Positions 61,716 through 64,000 of a DNA stretch of 64,000 bases are shown piece by piece. Source of the DNA: an uncultured Planctomycetales bacterium. Its GTDB lineage: Bacteria; Omnitrophota; Gorgyraeia; Zapsychrales; Fredricksoniimonadaceae. The DNA is taken from positions 48,852 to 112,851 of the forward strand of contig CAZFNI010000005.1 of NCBI GenBank assembly GCA_964520655.1, written 5' to 3'. The notes beneath the pieces are model-generated. The model was not told the DNA's origin and searched no databases. It was given only the letters and a program-made list of their open reading frames with translations. Position 1 is the first letter of the stretch. Every line of letters begins with the position of its first letter. The position numbers and the translations under genes are program-made.

Positions 61716-62587
61716 TGTCTCAAGAATCTAAGCCCAAAGTCATCCTCATCTCTGGAACATCCAGTGGTTTCGGCGCCTTCTTCGCTGTGCGTTTGGCCAA
61801 ACTAGGCCATATTGTTTATGCCAGCATGCGCGACCTCAATAAAAAAAGCGCATTAGAACAGCTGGCTGCCAAACGCGGTGTATCACTACACATTTGTGCG
61901 ATGGACGTCACCGTCCCTGAGACCATTGATCTCCTTGTGACAACGATCATCCAAAAGCATGGCCGATTGGATGTCGTTATCAATAATGCGGGTGTGGCCT
62001 TAGGCGGATTTTTCGAAGATCTGGACATAGAACAAATGCGGACAGTCATGGAGATCAATTTCTGGGGAGCAGTGAACGTCAATCAACGAGTAGTTCCTCA
62101 AATGAGAGCACAGAAAAACGGCATGATCATCAATATTTCCAGCATCGCGGGACAGACAGCCAGCCCGGCATTAAGCGCGTACCATGCCAGCAAATGGGCG
62201 CTGGAAGGCTATAGCGAAGGCCTTTATTATGAATTAAAACGCTACGGTGTCCACATTGTCTTAGTCGAGCCCGGAAGTTATCCGACAAAGATCTTCAAAG
62301 AAAATACGCTGACAGGAAAAAGGTCTCTTGACCCGAGAAGTCCTTACTATCATTATTCACAACGCCTCAATGCTTTTGTTGACGATTTCCGGAAAAAAAC
62401 ACGGCGAGATCCAGAGGACGTAGCCGTCTTGGTTGAGAAGATCGTTGGATCCAAGAACCCCAGGTTGCGTTATGTTTCCGATCTTTCATCCCTGCTGAGG
62501 GTGTTCTCAAGCAAAATTATTCCACCATCTATGTATCGTTACATTTACGAAAAGGTGATCTATGGACAATCAAGCAACGCCCTATAA
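61715..62587 (+). CDS. short-chain dehydrogenase/reductase (SDR)
   Basis: TGTSSGFG cofactor motif, NNAG, catalytic YHASK. Start at MSQESKPKVIL (TAATG overlap with aroC). Confidence 0.85.
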   Translation: MSQESKPKVILISGTSSGFGAFFAVRLAKLGHIVYASMRDLNKKSALEQLAAKRGVSLHICAMDVTVPETIDLLVTTIIQKHGRLDVVINNAGVALGGFFEDLDIEQMRTVMEINFWGAVNVNQRVVPQMRAQKNGMIINISSIAGQTASPALSAYHASKWALEGYSEGLYYELKRYGVHIVLVEPGSYPTKIFKENTLTGKRSLDPRSPYYHYSQRLNAFVDDFRKKTRRDPEDVAVLVEKIVGSKNPRLRYVSDLSSLLRVFSSKIIPPSMYRYIYEKVIYGQSSNAL

Positions 62588-62846
62588 ACGCCAAATTTTT
62601 GTATGTACCCACAATGCCAATGGAGAAAAGGCTTCCTGTGGCGACCACCAGGGGGAGCTCATTTTCAAAGAGCTTCGAGAAACAGCAAAAAGCCGTAAAC
62701 TGCACCCAATGATCCGCGTAGCACAAGCCAAATGCCTGGGACAGTGTGAAAAGGGTGCGAATATCATGATATACCCAGACAATGTCTACCTGTCCCATGT
62801 TAAGGTCTCGGATATCAACACCATTGCTGACAAATACATCGTTTGA
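62562..62846 (+). CDS. thioredoxin-like (2Fe-2S) ferredoxin
   Basis: Four Cys in C-x8-C ... C-x3-C arrangement (FVCTHNANGEKASCGD ... CLGQCEKG). Confidence 0.6.
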   Translation: MDNQATPYKRQIFVCTHNANGEKASCGDHQGELIFKELRETAKSRKLHPMIRVAQAKCLGQCEKGANIMIYPDNVYLSHVKVSDINTIADKYIV

Positions 62847-62878
62847 TCCGTTTTTCTTCAAAAAAGTTAAACCTTCTG

Positions 62879-62906
62879 TTGATTTTTCCCCCACAGGTTC
62901 TATACT
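62879..62906 (+). promoter_or_regulatory. candidate sigma70 promoter for the acyl-CoA dehydrogenase gene (TTGATT-N16-TATACT)
   Basis: -35 TTGATT at 62879-62884, -10 TATACT at 62901-62906. Followed by the 8-bp palindrome AATGCATT at 62925-62932 and a GAGG RBS. Confidence 0.3.
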
Positions 62907-62981
62907 TAAAATAGAATCGTTGTAAATGCATTAATATCAATAATTTCGCCATTATAACTGCTGCCTAAAACGAGGTGTCCT

Positions 62982-64000
62982 ATGAGCATGTTTGACAAAA
63001 ACATAAGCCAAGAAAAGTTAAAGTCTTTGGAATTCGCGGAAGCGGCTCGTGAGCAGGAATGGAAATCACCTAGTTTTGCGCTGCAATTATTCCACGGCAA
63101 CCCCAATTTTGACCTGATCTTTCCGTTCCCTTCTCAAAGCTCTGAAGAAAAGAAACTAGGCGATGACTACCTGGTTAAAATGGAGAAATTCCTCAAAGAA
63201 AATTTGAATCCAGATGAAGTTGACCGCACAAACCAGATCCCGGACAAAGTGATGAAAGGATTGGGCGAGTTGGGGGCTTTTGCCTTAAAGATCCCCAAAG
63301 AGTACGGCGGCATGGGATTCTCCCAATATAATTACAACCGCATCATGCACCTTGTTTCGTCTTATTGCGGTTCAACCGCTGTTTTGCTCTCAGCCCATCA
63401 AAGCATCGGCGTGCCTCAGCCGTTAAAATTATTCGGTACCCCGGAACAGAAGAAAAAATATTTACCGCTTTTTGCCAAAGGCGCTGTTTCAGCATTCGCA
63501 CTGACGGAACCAACTGTCGGTTCTGACCCCAGGAACATGAAAACGGTCGCGACATTAAGTGAAGACGGAAAAAGTTTTATCCTTAACGGTGAAAAATTAT
63601 GGTGCACCAACGGCCTTATTGCTGACGTCTTAGTTGTCATGGCTGTCACGCCGCCCAAGATCATCAAAGGCAAAGAGATCAAACAGATCACGGCCTTCAT
63701 TGTTGAAGCGAATTCACCGGGCATTGAAAAAGTCCACCGCTGCCAGTTCATGGGCCTGCACGGCATCCAGAATGGTTTAATGCGTTTTAAAAATGTCGTT
63801 GTCCCCAGAGAAAATGTCATCTTAGGCGAAGGGGAAGGCTTAAAACTCGCACTGATGACATTAAATACCGGACGTCTAACATTGCCGGCGGCATCTGCGG
63901 GTATTTCCAAATGGTGTTTAAATGTTGCCCGCATCTGGTCGAGCAAACGCCAGCAATGGGGCGGACCTATTGGCGAACATGAATCGATCGCCTTGAAATT
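62982..64000 (+). CDS. acyl-CoA dehydrogenase, 3'-partial (runs off the window end)
   Basis: Hand translation is open to the window edge. It contains the ACAD signature FALTEPTVGSDP and an N-terminal extension. Absent from the ORF track because no stop codon is reached. Confidence 0.85.
   Translation, partial: MSMFDKNISQEKLKSLEFAEAAREQEWKSPSFALQLFHGNPNFDLIFPFPSQSSEEKKLGDDYLVKMEKFLKENLNPDEVDRTNQIPDKVMKGLGELGAFALKIPKEYGGMGFSQYNYNRIMHLVSSYCGSTAVLLSAHQSIGVPQPLKLFGTPEQKKKYLPLFAKGAVSAFALTEPTVGSDPRNMKTVATLSEDGKSFILNGEKLWCTNGLIADVLVVMAVTPPKIIKGKEIKQITAFIVEANSPGIEKVHRCQFMGLHGIQNGLMRFKNVVVPRENVILGEGEGLKLALMTLNTGRLTLPAASAGISKWCLNVARIWSSKRQQWGGPIGEHESIALK

Overview
This is a bacterial chromosomal segment of moderately low GC with extremely gene-dense bioenergetic content and no mobile elements, CRISPR arrays or RNA genes. 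From 1 to 23331 and again from 24359 to 47724, almost every gene is on the + strand and joined to its neighbour by ATGA/TAATG/GTGA start-stop overlaps. In order, the window carries heme and cytochrome c maturation and Moco genes (hemE 5'-partial, hemY-like, resB, a long-form ccsA, moeA, mobA), then a tandem-receiver regulator, a short hemA, an AtpZ/AtpI-like micro-gene and a complete F1F0 ATP synthase operon (atpBEFHAGDC, with a short epsilon). These are fused to a HicB/UPF0150-like micro-ORF, a NUDIX hydrolase, a membrane HEAT-repeat protein and a Rieske/cytochrome b6/extended subunit IV complex with an octaheme cytochrome c and two uncharacterised membrane partners. After a divergent LysR regulator comes a NikM/CbiM-PDGLE metal-uptake gene heading a bidirectional NAD-reducing [NiFe] hydrogenase cluster (hoxEFUYH, hoxW, hypAFCDE; no hypB). 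It is followed by single-chain pyruvate:ferredoxin oxidoreductase with a DHOD-like partner, a secreted cupredoxin, an aa3-type oxidase locus in the unusual order I-III-IV-(two micro-ORFs)-II, ctaA, ctaB and a SCO1-DUF420 fusion. A convergent minus-strand unit encodes a B12-binding radical SAM enzyme, a 7Fe ferredoxin and membrane proteins. The 3' part holds acnA, GST, NUDIX, L,D-transpeptidase, elbB, leuCD-ilvD-aroC behind a perfect consensus sigma70 promoter, an SDR, a thioredoxin-like 2Fe-2S ferredoxin and a 3'-partial acyl-CoA dehydrogenase. The most notable material is the unusual respiratory module at 15.1-23.3 kb, the regulator-hemA-atp coupling, the Ni-uptake-headed hydrogenase operon, the cupredoxin/aa3 locus with micro-ORFs, and the minus-strand rSAM/ferredoxin/membrane cluster. 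All annotations come from reading motifs in the translated ORFs; no database searches were run.
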